A stretch of 32,000 nt of DNA from contig NZ_CP066018.1 in NCBI RefSeq assembly GCF_016127575.1, positions 630,001 to 662,000 of the forward strand. Reading direction: 5' to 3'. The notes beneath the pieces are model-generated. The model was not told the DNA's origin, ran no database searches, and saw nothing but the letters and a program-made list of their open reading frames with translations. The DNA comes from Cupriavidus necator (GTDB taxonomy: Bacteria; Pseudomonadota; Gammaproteobacteria; Burkholderiales; Burkholderiaceae). Position numbers and translations under genes: made by a program. Below are positions 19,735-28,209 of this stretch, piece after piece. Within the stretch, counting starts at the first letter, position 1. Every line of letters begins with the position of its first letter.

Positions 19735-20892
19735 TCAGGCGGACGTACGCTCGAACTCGCGCATGAAATCGACCAGCGCCATCACGCCTTCCAGCGGCAT
19801 CGCGTTATAGATGCTGGCGCGCATGCCGCCAACGGTCTTGTGTCCCTTGAGTTGCACCAGGCCGTTGGCCCGCGCCTGTTGCAGGAACACCTCATTGCGC
19901 GATTCGTCGCCCAGGAAGAACGGCACGTTCATGCGCGAGCGGCAGCTCGGATGGATCTCGTTGCGATAGAAATCGCTCTGGTCCAGGTAGTTGTACAGCG
20001 CCGACGCCTTGGCGATATTGCGCTGCTCGATCGCGGGCACGCCGCCCTGGCGCTTGAGCCACTTGAAGACCAGGCCGGCGATATAGATCGCATAGGTCGG
20101 CGGCGTGTTGTACATCGAGTTGTGCTCGGCCACCAGGCGCCAGTTGAATGCCGACGGGCACAGCGGGTGGGCATGGCCGATCAGGTCGTCGCGCACGATC
20201 ACGATGGTGACGCCGGCCGGGCCGATATTCTTCTGCGCGCCGCCGTAGACCACCTGCACGCGCGACCAGTCGATCGGGCGCGACAGGATATGGCTGGAAG
20301 CATCCGCCACCACCACGCGGTCGCCCTTGACCTGGCCGATATCGGGAATGTCCTGGAACTCCACGCCGACGATGGTCTCGTTGGTGCACAGGTGCACGTA
20401 CCCGGCATCGTCCGACAGCTTCCAGTCAGCAATGTCGGGGATGCGGTGGAATTTCTCCGCCTCGCTGGTGGCCGCGATATTGACCGCGCCATAGCGGCGG
20501 GCTTCCTGCTCGGTCTTGACCGACCAGGTGCCGGTGACGACGAAATCGGCCTTGGGCTGCTCGGCGCTGCGCAGCCGCATCAGGTTCAGCGGCACGATGG
20601 CGTTTTCGCCAATGGCGCCACCTTGCAGGAACAGCACCTTGAAATTGGCGGGGATGTGCAGCAACTCGCGCAGGTCAGCGATCGCTTCGTTATGGATGCT
20701 TTCGAATTCGCGGCTGCGGTGGCTCATTTCCATCACCGAAACCCCGGTCCCGTGCCAGGACAGCATCTCCTCGGCAGCCTGCTGCAGCACTTCGGCGGGC
20801 AGCGCCGCCGGGCCAGGGGAGAAGTTGTAGACACGTTCGGCCAATGCACGCTGCATCATGCCGGCAAGAGCGGGATTCTGGGGATCGTTCAT
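19735..20892 (-). CDS. serC: 3-phosphoserine/phosphohydroxythreonine aminotransferase
   Basis: [22 protein letters not shown], the PLP region and a [17 protein letters not shown]-type C-terminus all resemble SerC. The start is uncertain: ATG at 20892, or the Met-Met pair at 20859/20856. The track ORF extends to 20994. Confidence 0.9.
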   Translation of the reverse strand: MNDPQNPALAGMMQRALAERVYNFSPGPAALPAEVLQQAAEEMLSWHGTGVSVMEMSHRSREFESIHNEAIADLRELLHIPANFKVLFLQGGAIGENAIVPLNLMRLRSAEQPKADFVVTGTWSVKTEQEARRYGAVNIAATSEAEKFHRIPDIADWKLSDDAGYVHLCTNETIVGVEFQDIPDIGQVKGDRVVVADASSHILSRPIDWSRVQVVYGGAQKNIGPAGVTIVIVRDDLIGHAHPLCPSAFNWRLVAEHNSMYNTPPTYAIYIAGLVFKWLKRQGGVPAIEQRNIAKASALYNYLDQSDFYRNEIHPSCRSRMNVPFFLGDESRNEVFLQQARANGLVQLKGHKTVGGMRASIYNAMPLEGVMALVDFMREFERTSA

Positions 20893-21051
20893 GAGACGGG
20901 GAATGGAAAAATGGCTGCCGGTGTTACCCAAGCAGCCATTATCCCTCAAACCCGCGCCCCGTTGGGCACCCGGGGCCAGGCCCCGGGGCCGCACTTGCCT
21001 GCAAGGCTGCAGGCGGACGGCGGTCTGATTCAGTGGCGGATCACGCCAGCA

Positions 21052-21615
21052 TCACTTCGAAGCGGCGGTGATTTCCTTCTCTGCGGCGTCGCGCATCGAC
21101 TTGCCGACCTGCGGGCCGTACTTCTGCATCATCGAACCCCAGATCTCCTGGGTCGCCTTGCCCTGGTTGGCCATGAACTTCTGGCCGGTCGGCGACTTCA
21201 GGAAGGTGGTCAGGTCCTTGAGTTCCGCCGTCGAGTAGTACTTGCCGAAGGCATCGTAGTGCGCCTGGATCGCGTCCTTGCGGAAGCCATCGGTGCTGAA
21301 GGCCGAGCCGGCGCCGTCAACCATGCGCTGGACCGCGCCGTTCTTCTTCAGCTTTTCGACAGCGGCCTGCTTCTGCTTGTCGTTCAGGGTCTTGTTCTCG
21401 ACCAGCACTTGTTCCAGCACCAGCGGAGCTTCCTGCTTGGCGCCTTGCTGCCAGTTTTCGGCCTGGCCCTTGACAGCCTGGTCTGCCTGCATGACGGAAA
21501 GCAGTTCCTTGATGGCTGCTGTCTTTTCCGCATCCTGCGCATGGGCGTGCTGCGCCATCATGAAGGTCGGAACGAAAGCGGCCAGAACTGCGATACGTCG
21601 ATAGGTTTTGAGCAT
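21052..21615 (-). CDS. DUF2059-family periplasmic protein
   Basis: 187 aa with a signal peptide (AVLAAFVPTFMMAQHAHAQD) and a helical Lys/Gln-rich body. The YSTAELKDLTTFLKSPTGQKF block is typical of DUF2059. Confidence 0.65.
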   Translation of the reverse strand: MLKTYRRIAVLAAFVPTFMMAQHAHAQDAEKTAAIKELLSVMQADQAVKGQAENWQQGAKQEAPLVLEQVLVENKTLNDKQKQAAVEKLKKNGAVQRMVDGAGSAFSTDGFRKDAIQAHYDAFGKYYSTAELKDLTTFLKSPTGQKFMANQGKATQEIWGSMMQKYGPQVGKSMRDAAEKEITAASK

Positions 21616-21683
21616 TGTGACTCCCTGGTAAATACGTCCGTTTTAGTCCGGACAGCCGCGACGCGAGTTCCGGCGGGCGTCCT

Positions 21684-21697
21684 ATTGTTGCAACAAT
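21684..21697. repeat. perfect 14-bp palindrome ATTGTTGCAACAAT (possible operator)
   Basis: Read directly from the sequence. It lies 13 bp downstream of the gyrA stop and about 70-80 bp upstream of the DUF2059 gene start. Confidence 0.6.
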
Positions 21698-21709
21698 TTA
21701 CGATTTGTC

Positions 21710-24376
21710 TTACGGATTAGCGTCCAAGTCGGCCCCGGCAGCACCTTCTGCACCGTCGGCGTCTTCAGCCTCGTCGCCACCGGCACCGTTATCGGCATCG
21801 CTTTCGACGATGCGCTGCAGCCCGGACAACTTGGTGCCTTCGTCAACGTTGATCAGCGTGACACCCTGCGTGGCGCGGCCCATTTCGCGGATTTCAGCCA
21901 CGCGGGTACGGATCAGCACGCCACCGGTGGTGATCAGCATGATCTCATCCTCGGGCGAAACCAGTGCTGCCGCCACCACACGGCCATTGCGCTCGCTCGT
22001 CTGGATCGCAATCATGCCCTTGGTGCCGCGACCGTGTCGAGTGTACTCAGCAATGGGGGTGCGCTTGCCGTAGCCGTTCTCGGTCGCGGTCAGCACGCTG
22101 CCGCGCATGCCCGCCTCAGCCTCTTCGGCGGTCTCGGCCGGCGCCACCAGCATGGCGATCACGGTCTGGCCGTCTTCCAGGTTCATGCCGCGCACGCCGC
22201 GCGCCTGGCGGCCCATCGGACGCACGTCGTTCTCGTCGAAGCGCACGGCCTTGCCGGCATCGGAGAACAGCATCACATCGTGCTGGCCGTCGGTCACGGC
22301 CGCGCCGATCAGGTAGTCGCCCTCGTCCAGGTCGACCGCGATGATGCCGGCCTTGCGCGGATTGGAGAACTCGGTCAGCGCGGTCTTCTTGACCGTGCCG
22401 CGGGCGGTGGCCATAAAGATGAAGTGCTCGGCGTCAAACTGCTTGACCGGCAGGATCACATTGATCTTCTCGCCTTCGGACAGCGGGAACATGTTGACGA
22501 TCGGGCGCCCGCGCGAGTTGCGCGAGCCCTGCGGCACCTCATACACCTTCAGCCAGTAGAGCCGGCCGCGGTTGGAGAAGCACAGGATGTAGTCGTGGGT
22601 ATTGGCCACGAACAGCGTGTCAATCCAGTCGTCTTCCTTGGTCGCTGCCGCCTGCTTGCCGCGTCCGCCACGCTTTTGCGCGCGGTACTCGGAAATCGGC
22701 TGGCTCTTCATATAGCCGCTGTGCGACAGCGTGACCACCATGTCCTGCGGGGTGATCAGGTCTTCGGTGTCCAGCTCGGTCGCGTTCAGCTCGATCTGCG
22801 AACGGCGCTCATCGCCGAATTCGGCGCGGATAGCGGTGAGTTCGTCGACGATGATGGCAGTAATACGCTCCGGCCGCGCCAGGATATCCAGAAGATCGGT
22901 GATTACCGCCATGATGTCGCGATATTCCTGGACGATCTTGTCCTGCTCGAGCCCGGTGAGGCGTTGCAGGCGCATTTGCAGGATTTCCTGCGCCTGGCCA
23001 TCCGACAGGCGGTACAGGCCGTCTGCCTGCATGCCGAACACCGGCGGCAGCCCGTCCGGACGATAGGAGGCGCGGCCGCCCGGGGTCTCGCCTTCGGCGC
23101 GCGCAAGCATTTCGCGGACCAGGGCCGAATCCCATGCCTTCGCCATCAGTTCCTGCTTGGCGATCGGCGGAGTCGGTGCGGCCTTGATGATGGCGATGAA
23201 TTCGTCGATGTTGGCCAGCGCGACGGCCAGGCCTTCCAGCACGTGGCCGCGCTCGCGCGCCTTGCGCAGCTCGAATACCGTGCGGCGGGTGACGACTTCG
23301 CGCCGGTGCGCCAGGAAGTACTCCAGCATCTGGCGCAGGTTCAGCAGGCGCGGCTGGCGGTCGACCAGCGCCACCATGTTCATGCCGAAGGTGTCCTGCA
23401 GCTGGGTGTTCTTATATAGGTTGTTGAGAACAACCTCGGGCACCTCGTTGCGCTTGAGCTCGATCACCACGCGCATGCCGGACTTGTCCGACTCGTCGCG
23501 GATGTCGGAAATGCCCTCGATCTTCTTTTCAGTGACCAGTTCGGCGATGCGTTCGAGCAAGGTGCGCTTGTTGACCTGGTAGGGCAGCTCGTCGACGATG
23601 ATCGCCTGGCGCTGGCCGCGGTCGATGTCCTCGAAGTGCGTCTTGGCCCGCATCACCACGCGGCCGCGGCCGGTGCGATAGCCTTCGCGAACGCCCTGGA
23701 TGCCATAGATAATCCCGGCGGTCGGAAAATCAGGCGCCGGAATCAATTCAATCAGTTCATCCACCGTCGCCTGCGGGTTGCGCAGCAGGTGCAGACAGCC
23801 ATCGACGATTTCATTCAGGTTATGCGGCGGGATATTGGTGGCCATGCCCACCGCAATACCGGACGAACCGTTGATTAGCAGATTGGGAATACGCGCCGGC
23901 AGGATCGAAGGCTCTTTTTCAGAGCCGTCGTAGTTGCTGTCGAAATCGACGGTTTCCTTGTCGATGTCGAACAGCATCTCGTGGGCGATTTTCGCCAGGC
24001 GGATTTCGGTATAACGCATGGCCGCGGCGTTATCGCCGTCGACCGAACCGAAATTACCCTGGCCGTCGACCAGCATGTAGCGCAGCGAGAAGTCCTGCGC
24101 CATGCGGACGATGGTGTCGTAGACTGCGGTATCGCCGTGCGGGTGATACTTACCGATCACATCACCGACGATACGGGCCGACTTCTTGTAGGGTCGGTTC
24201 CAGTCGTTGTTAAGCTCGTGCATCGCAAACAGCACGCGCCGGTGCACCGGTTTCAGGCCGTCCCGCACATCAGGAAGCGCCCGGCCCACGATCACGCTCA
24301 TGGCGTAATCGAGATAGGAGCGGCGCATTTCCTCTTCGAGGGAGACCGGAAGGGTTTCTTTTGCGAATGGATCCAT
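21710..24376 (-). CDS. gyrA: DNA gyrase subunit A
   Basis: 888 aa. The N-terminus and QRDR ([27 protein letters not shown]) are near-identical to E. coli GyrA. The active-site Tyr block AAMRYTE and an acidic C-terminal tail are present. Confidence 0.97.
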   Translation of the reverse strand: MDPFAKETLPVSLEEEMRRSYLDYAMSVIVGRALPDVRDGLKPVHRRVLFAMHELNNDWNRPYKKSARIVGDVIGKYHPHGDTAVYDTIVRMAQDFSLRYMLVDGQGNFGSVDGDNAAAMRYTEIRLAKIAHEMLFDIDKETVDFDSNYDGSEKEPSILPARIPNLLINGSSGIAVGMATNIPPHNLNEIVDGCLHLLRNPQATVDELIELIPAPDFPTAGIIYGIQGVREGYRTGRGRVVMRAKTHFEDIDRGQRQAIIVDELPYQVNKRTLLERIAELVTEKKIEGISDIRDESDKSGMRVVIELKRNEVPEVVLNNLYKNTQLQDTFGMNMVALVDRQPRLLNLRQMLEYFLAHRREVVTRRTVFELRKARERGHVLEGLAVALANIDEFIAIIKAAPTPPIAKQELMAKAWDSALVREMLARAEGETPGGRASYRPDGLPPVFGMQADGLYRLSDGQAQEILQMRLQRLTGLEQDKIVQEYRDIMAVITDLLDILARPERITAIIVDELTAIRAEFGDERRSQIELNATELDTEDLITPQDMVVTLSHSGYMKSQPISEYRAQKRGGRGKQAAATKEDDWIDTLFVANTHDYILCFSNRGRLYWLKVYEVPQGSRNSRGRPIVNMFPLSEGEKINVILPVKQFDAEHFIFMATARGTVKKTALTEFSNPRKAGIIAVDLDEGDYLIGAAVTDGQHDVMLFSDAGKAVRFDENDVRPMGRQARGVRGMNLEDGQTVIAMLVAPAETAEEAEAGMRGSVLTATENGYGKRTPIAEYTRHGRGTKGMIAIQTSERNGRVVAAALVSPEDEIMLITTGGVLIRTRVAEIREMGRATQGVTLINVDEGTKLSGLQRIVESDADNGAGGDEAEDADGAEGAAGADLDANP

Positions 24377-24464
24377 TGCGGCGTGGTTTATGCGGCAGGT
24401 TTAAGCGAATGACAGGCCCTTTAGCGCGCGGCACAGTGGGCGCCTGACGGCTGGGCAACGTGTC

Positions 24465-24473
24465 ATTCTAACA
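24465..24473 (-). promoter_or_regulatory. candidate extended -10 element for gyrA (TGtTAGAAT on the minus strand)
   Basis: The reverse complement of 24465-24473 reads TGTTAGAAT. It lies about 90 nt upstream of the gyrA ATG. I found no good -35 element. Confidence 0.3.
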
Positions 24474-24725
24474 TGCCGCCACCCCCCGCCTGCCGCTCTC
24501 CGGACAGCCCTTGCGCACACCTCCCGAGGCCCTCGCTGAAACCCGGAATCCCTGATGCCACAAGGCTTTGCGGGCGACACAAGACCTATGTTGCACAAAC
24601 ACCACAGGCCCAAAACCCATGCGGCGAATCGAATATATTTACTTCTTAGGAAACGACCCTTGTGGCACAATTCCCCAGCGAAGAGCCAGACATTGTTCGA
24701 AGTGGAGCATCCACCACATCGAGAA

Positions 24726-24734
24726 TGTTATACT
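24726..24734 (+). promoter_or_regulatory. candidate extended -10 element for the ompA-like gene (TGtTATACT)
   Basis: The TG at 24726-24727 and TATACT at 24729-24734 sit in a locally AT-richer stretch. They would give a leader of about 70 nt ending in the SD AGGAG (24801-24805). Confidence 0.35.
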
Positions 24735-24809
24735 CCGAAGAATGTATGACTTGTTTTCGTCCATTTGCTCGCAGTAACCCTGCGGTGATCTCATCCTGAG
24801 AGGAGAAAT

Positions 24810-25463
24810 ATGAAAAAATTTGCCAAGCTCGCGCTCGTTGCAGCTACCGCAGTAATGGCTGCATCCGCTCAAGCTCAGTCCGTCCCTTATGAAAAGAAGG
24901 CAGTGAACGACAACTGGGGCAACGGTACGAGCGAGTACGTGTGGAAGAATGGCACGAACGAGCTCTGCTGGCGCGACAGCTCCTGGACCCCGGCCACCGC
25001 CAACGCGCTGTGCGACGGCGCCCTGGCCCCGGCCGCACCGGCACCGGCACCGGCTCCGGTGGCTCCTCCGGTCGTCTCGAGCGAGAAGGTCACTTTCGCT
25101 GCTGACACCCTGTTCGACTTCGACAAGGCTGTCCTGAAGCCGGAAGGCAAGGCCAAGCTGGACGACCTGGTCTCGAAACTGCAAGGCATCACCCTGGAAG
25201 TTATCATCGCCGTTGGCCACACCGACTCGTTCGGTTCGGACAAGTACAACGATCGCCTGTCGATCCGTCGTGCTGAATCGGTCAAGGCTTACCTGGTGAG
25301 CAAGGGCGTTGAAGCCAACCGCGTCTACACCGAAGGCAAGGGCAAGCGCCAGCTGAAGGTCGATCCGAAGTCGTGCAAGGGCAACCGCAAGTCCCAGATC
25401 GCCTGCCAGCAGCCGAACCGCCGCGTGGAAGTCGAAGTGGTCGGCACCCGCAGCGCACGTTAA
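24810..25463 (+). CDS. OmpA-C-like peptidoglycan-binding protein, RmpM / Bordetella OmpA type (no 8-stranded barrel)
   Basis: 217 aa with a signal peptide ending ASAQAQ and a short Cys-containing N-domain ([19 protein letters not shown]). An Ala-Pro hinge ([15 protein letters not shown]) leads to an OmpA C-terminal domain ([43 protein letters not shown]). The SD is strong. Confidence 0.85.
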   Translation: MKKFAKLALVAATAVMAASAQAQSVPYEKKAVNDNWGNGTSEYVWKNGTNELCWRDSSWTPATANALCDGALAPAAPAPAPAPVAPPVVSSEKVTFAADTLFDFDKAVLKPEGKAKLDDLVSKLQGITLEVIIAVGHTDSFGSDKYNDRLSIRRAESVKAYLVSKGVEANRVYTEGKGKRQLKVDPKSCKGNRKSQIACQQPNRRVEVEVVGTRSAR

Positions 25464-25485
25464 TCGGATTCTTTCCGACGACGAA

Positions 25486-25514
25486 AGGCCCAGCGCAAGC
25501 TGGGCTTTTTTTTT
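25486..25514 (+). terminator. intrinsic terminator after the ompA-like gene
   Basis: The hairpin gcccagc-gcaa-gctgggc is followed by a run of nine T (25506-25514). It begins 23 nt after the stop codon. Confidence 0.8.
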
Positions 25515-25588
25515 GGTACAGTTGCCCGGACTGTCCCTCTCTTCCCTTCACACCGCCGGCGCGGCTAGTGCCGCCGGCCCCGCATACG

Positions 25589-26347
25589 ATGACGTTGCAA
25601 TCGCAAACCCTTTCCGCAGCCGGCGCCGCCAATCAGGACCTGCCGCGCGGCAATGCCGATCCGAAGGAAATCGACAAGTTCAGCGAACTGGCCCACCGCT
25701 GGTGGGACCCGGAAAGCGAGTTCAAGCCGCTGCATGAGCTGAACCCGCTGCGCCTGCGCTGGATCGACGGCATCGCCGGTCTGGCCGGCAAGCGCGTGGT
25801 CGACGTGGGTTGCGGCGGCGGCATCCTGTCCGAAAGCATGGCACGCCTGGGCGCCACGGTGCGCGGTATCGATCTCTCGACCAAGGCACTGAAGGTAGCG
25901 GACCTGCACAGCCTGGAGACCGGGGTTGCCGTGACCTACGAAGAGATCGCCGCAGAAGCGCTGGCCGCACGTGAACCGGCCAGCGTCGATGTGGTGACCT
26001 GCATGGAGATGCTGGAGCACGTGCCGGATCCGGCGTCGATCGTGCAAGCCTGTGCCACGCTGGTCAAGCCCGGCGGCTATGTGTTCTTCTCGACCATCAA
26101 CCGCAACCTGAAGGCCTACCTGCTGGCCATCGTCGGCGCGGAGTATGTGCTCAACATGCTGCCGCGCGGCACGCACGACTACGACAAGTTCATCACGCCG
26201 TCCGAGCTCGCGCGCTTTGCCCGCCAGGCCAGGCTGGACCTGGTGGAAATGCGCGGCATGACCTACAACCCGCTGTCGCAGGTGTATGCGCTGGGCAGCG
26301 ACACCGATGTGAACTACATGATGGCGTTCCGCCGGGTGGCAGCATGA
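25589..26347 (+). CDS. ubiG: bifunctional 3-demethylubiquinol 3-O-methyltransferase / 2-polyprenyl-6-hydroxyphenol methylase
   Basis: The ATG at 25589 gives 252 aa. Motifs include [29 protein letters not shown], the SAM motif [13 protein letters not shown] and [11 protein letters not shown]. The track ORF has a 72-codon extension into the ompA terminator region. Confidence 0.9.
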   Translation: MTLQSQTLSAAGAANQDLPRGNADPKEIDKFSELAHRWWDPESEFKPLHELNPLRLRWIDGIAGLAGKRVVDVGCGGGILSESMARLGATVRGIDLSTKALKVADLHSLETGVAVTYEEIAAEALAAREPASVDVVTCMEMLEHVPDPASIVQACATLVKPGGYVFFSTINRNLKAYLLAIVGAEYVLNMLPRGTHDYDKFITPSELARFARQARLDLVEMRGMTYNPLSQVYALGSDTDVNYMMAFRRVAA

Positions 26348-27018
26348 GCGCCGGCATCGCAGGGGTCTTCTTCGACCTCGACGGCACGCTGGCAGATACC
26401 GCGCCGGACCTGGCGGCGGCGGCCAACCGGCTGGTCGTCGAGCGCGGCCAGGCGCCGGTGGCCTATGAAAAACTGCGTCCCGTCGCCTCGCACGGCGCGC
26501 GTGGACTGCTGGGTGCAGCCTTCGGCCTGCGTCCGGAGGATGCAGAGTTCCCGGCGCTGCGCGATGTCTTCCTGGACTACTACGAGGCCGACATCGCGGT
26601 GCACACGCGCCTGTTCGACGGCATGCCGCAAGTGCTGGCCGCGCTCGAGGCAGCGGGCATCCCGTGGGGCATCGTCACCAACAAGATCGCCCGCTTCACC
26701 GTGCCGTTGGTCGCCGCGATCGGCCTGGCCCCGCGCGCCAGCGCGGTCGTCAGCGGCGACACCACGCCCCACGCCAAGCCGCACCCCGCCCCGCTGCTGC
26801 ATGCCGCGGCAAGCGCCGGCGTCGACCCGCGCCAGTGCGTCTATGTGGGCGATGACCTGCGCGACATCCAGGCCGGCAAGGCCGCCGGCATGATCACCGT
26901 CACAGCCGCCTATGGCTATTGCGGCGACGCCGAGCCGCCCGAGACCTGGGGCGCCGACCACCTGATTCGCCACCCGGCCGAGCTGATCCCGCTGCTGTTG
27001 CCCGCCGTGGTCGCCTGA
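26344..27018 (+). CDS. HAD-IA phosphatase (Gph-like; possibly a MupP-type MurNAc-6-P phosphatase)
   Basis: 224 aa with the HAD motifs [15 protein letters not shown] and [11 protein letters not shown]. Its start overlaps the ubiG stop (ATGA at 26344-26347). Confidence 0.8.
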   Translation: MSAGIAGVFFDLDGTLADTAPDLAAAANRLVVERGQAPVAYEKLRPVASHGARGLLGAAFGLRPEDAEFPALRDVFLDYYEADIAVHTRLFDGMPQVLAALEAAGIPWGIVTNKIARFTVPLVAAIGLAPRASAVVSGDTTPHAKPHPAPLLHAAASAGVDPRQCVYVGDDLRDIQAGKAAGMITVTAAYGYCGDAEPPETWGADHLIRHPAELIPLLLPAVVA

Positions 27019-27058
27019 TTGTGTCGCAGGGGTATCCTGGCCGTTCCCGGAACTCCCC

Positions 27059-27087
27059 GCGACAGCTTGCGTCCAACCGGGTACAAT
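27059..27087 (+). promoter_or_regulatory. candidate sigma-70 promoter of ssrA
   Basis: GCGACA (27059-27064), a 17-nt spacer, then TACAAT (27082-27087). The -10 element ends 15 nt before the mature tmRNA 5' end. Confidence 0.4.
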
Positions 27088-27101
27088 CCAGCTTCCTCAC
27101 T

Positions 27102-27460
27102 GGGGCCGACCTGGTTTCGACGTGGGTTACAAAGCAGTGGAGGGCATACCGAGGACCCGTCACCTCGTTAATCAATGGGAATGCAATAACTGCTAACGAC
27201 GAACGTTACGCACTGGCCGCTTAATTGCGGCCGTCCTCGCACTGGCTCGCTGACGGGCTAGGGTCGCAAGACCACGCGAGGTCATTTACGTCAGATAAGC
27301 TCCGGAAGGGTCACGAAGCCGGGGACGAAAACCTAGTGACTCGCCGTCGTAGAGCGTGTTCGTCCGCGATGCGCCGGTTAAATCAAATGACAGAACTAAG
27401 TATGTAGAACTCTCTGTGGAGGGCTTACGGACGCGGGTTCGATTCCCGCCGGCTCCACCA
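27102..27460 (+). ncRNA. ssrA: transfer-messenger RNA (tmRNA)
   Basis: The 5' GGGGCCG pairs with the 3' CGGCTCC-ACCA, including the G3:U pair that is the alanylation determinant. A T-arm (GCGGGTTCGATTCCCGC) is present. An internal tag reading frame ends ...YALAA-TAA. Total length is 359 nt. Confidence 0.95.
27192..27224 (+). other. tmRNA tag-peptide reading frame encoding ANDERYALAA plus stop
   Basis: GCT AAC GAC GAA CGT TAC GCA CTG GCC GCT TAA. The resume codon is assigned by analogy with the E. coli tag ANDENYALAA. Confidence 0.8.
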
Positions 27461-27493
27461 GTATTCAGTCCGATGCAGCACCTGCAGGTCTAG

Positions 27494-27530
27494 AAACCCG
27501 CGATAGCCGAAGGCTTCGCGGGTTTTTTCT
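27494..27530 (+). terminator. intrinsic terminator of ssrA
   Basis: aaacccgcga (27494-27503) pairs perfectly with tcgcgggttt (27516-25), with an inner agcc/ggct extension. A T6 run follows. Confidence 0.8.
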
Positions 27531-27772
27531 TTGGCAGCGGATACCCCGCCATCTGTTTTCCAGGACGGTAACCAAATCGCACCGCAGCCTTTGCAGTTGT
27601 TTACAGTCATGTCCCCAGCCCTGGCCTACGCTGGAATCGCTGCAGGCCGGGCCATGCACGGCATCAGCATCACAGTGCTCCACAGGCGGACGCCTGGCAC
27701 CGGCTCCCCGTTGCCAGGCCCTTTGTCCACGCCGGCGCGACCGCACATCGTCCACAAGAGACGGAGTTGGCG

Positions 27773-27994
27773 ATGCCAATCAAGTCCATCGAGGTCATCC
27801 TCACCCGAGACGCGCAGTGGGCCCTCGAATACGACCCCGACAACCCGGGACCGGTCTACCCGTCACGCGATGCCGCGATTGCCGCAGGCCTGCAGCTGGC
27901 GATGACCCACGATGCCGTCCTGACCATTCATGGCATCAATGACAAATCGGACGCGTTCGATTTCAGGGAATTGCACGTCCCTTTGCTCCATTGA
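27773..27994 (+). CDS. small hypothetical protein, DUF2188-like
   Basis: 73 aa from the ATG at 27773, with GGAG 6 nt upstream. Third-position GC is high, like the host genes. The pattern W-A-x(11)-YPSRDAAIAAG...TIHG resembles DUF2188 as I remember it. Confidence 0.5.
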   Translation: MPIKSIEVILTRDAQWALEYDPDNPGPVYPSRDAAIAAGLQLAMTHDAVLTIHGINDKSDAFDFRELHVPLLH

Positions 27995-28113
27995 TGGTTG
28001 GTGCTGTCAGCGCGCACTGGAAAGCAACATCCCCAGAATTGGGGATGCCCGGATCGCGTAGCGGCGCCATCATGGTATGCGGGCGTACTGCGACTCGCCC
28101 GCTACCACTTGTG

Positions 28114-28148
28114 GCCCTCGTCCTCCCTGGCCGAGGGCTCTTTCTTTG
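28114..28148 (+). terminator. possible terminator downstream of the small ORF
   Basis: A gccctcg/cgagggc stem with an 11-nt loop is followed by tctttcttt. It lies 120 nt past the stop codon, so the assignment is weak. Confidence 0.3.
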
Positions 28149-28209
28149 GGTGACGCACCGGTACAACGCAGCGTCACCGGGAAGCGCCGCCGGCGCCGGG
28201 CGCCGCGCG

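Noticed and set aside
19840-21720. A 626-aa plus-strand ORF opposite serC and the DUF2059 gene. Similar long shadows occur at 2013..3161(-), 6269..7399(+), 7143..8456(+), 9690..11081(+), 15082..16248(+), 18409..19635(+), 22034..23419(+), 27991..29322(+) and 30146..31210(+).
   Set aside because: Each is antisense to a gene with a clear family signature on the other strand. All share the same Arg/Ala/Gly/His-rich composition typical of spurious ORFs in GC-rich genomes.
24663-24680. A TGGCAC motif that looked like a sigma-54 -24 element upstream of the ompA-like gene
   Set aside because: The required GC/TTGC -12 element at the fixed spacing is absent. The sequence reads TGGCACaattcCCCA, so the GG-N10-GC rule fails.
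24401-24777. Small ORFs of 64-89 aa in the gyrA/ompA intergenic region (24401..24670 on the minus strand; 24555..24749 and 24568..24777 on the plus strand)
   Set aside because: They have no Shine-Dalgarno sequences, they overlap each other in different frames, and their composition is unlike neighbouring genes. They are more likely non-coding promoter or leader DNA.
28028-28178. Hairpins at 28028-28047 and 28149-28178 considered as intrinsic terminators for the GGT-like gene
   Set aside because: On the minus strand neither is followed by a convincing U-tract. They begin about 30 nt (28149-28178) and 160 nt (28028-28047) past the stop codon. They are recorded only as structures of unknown role.
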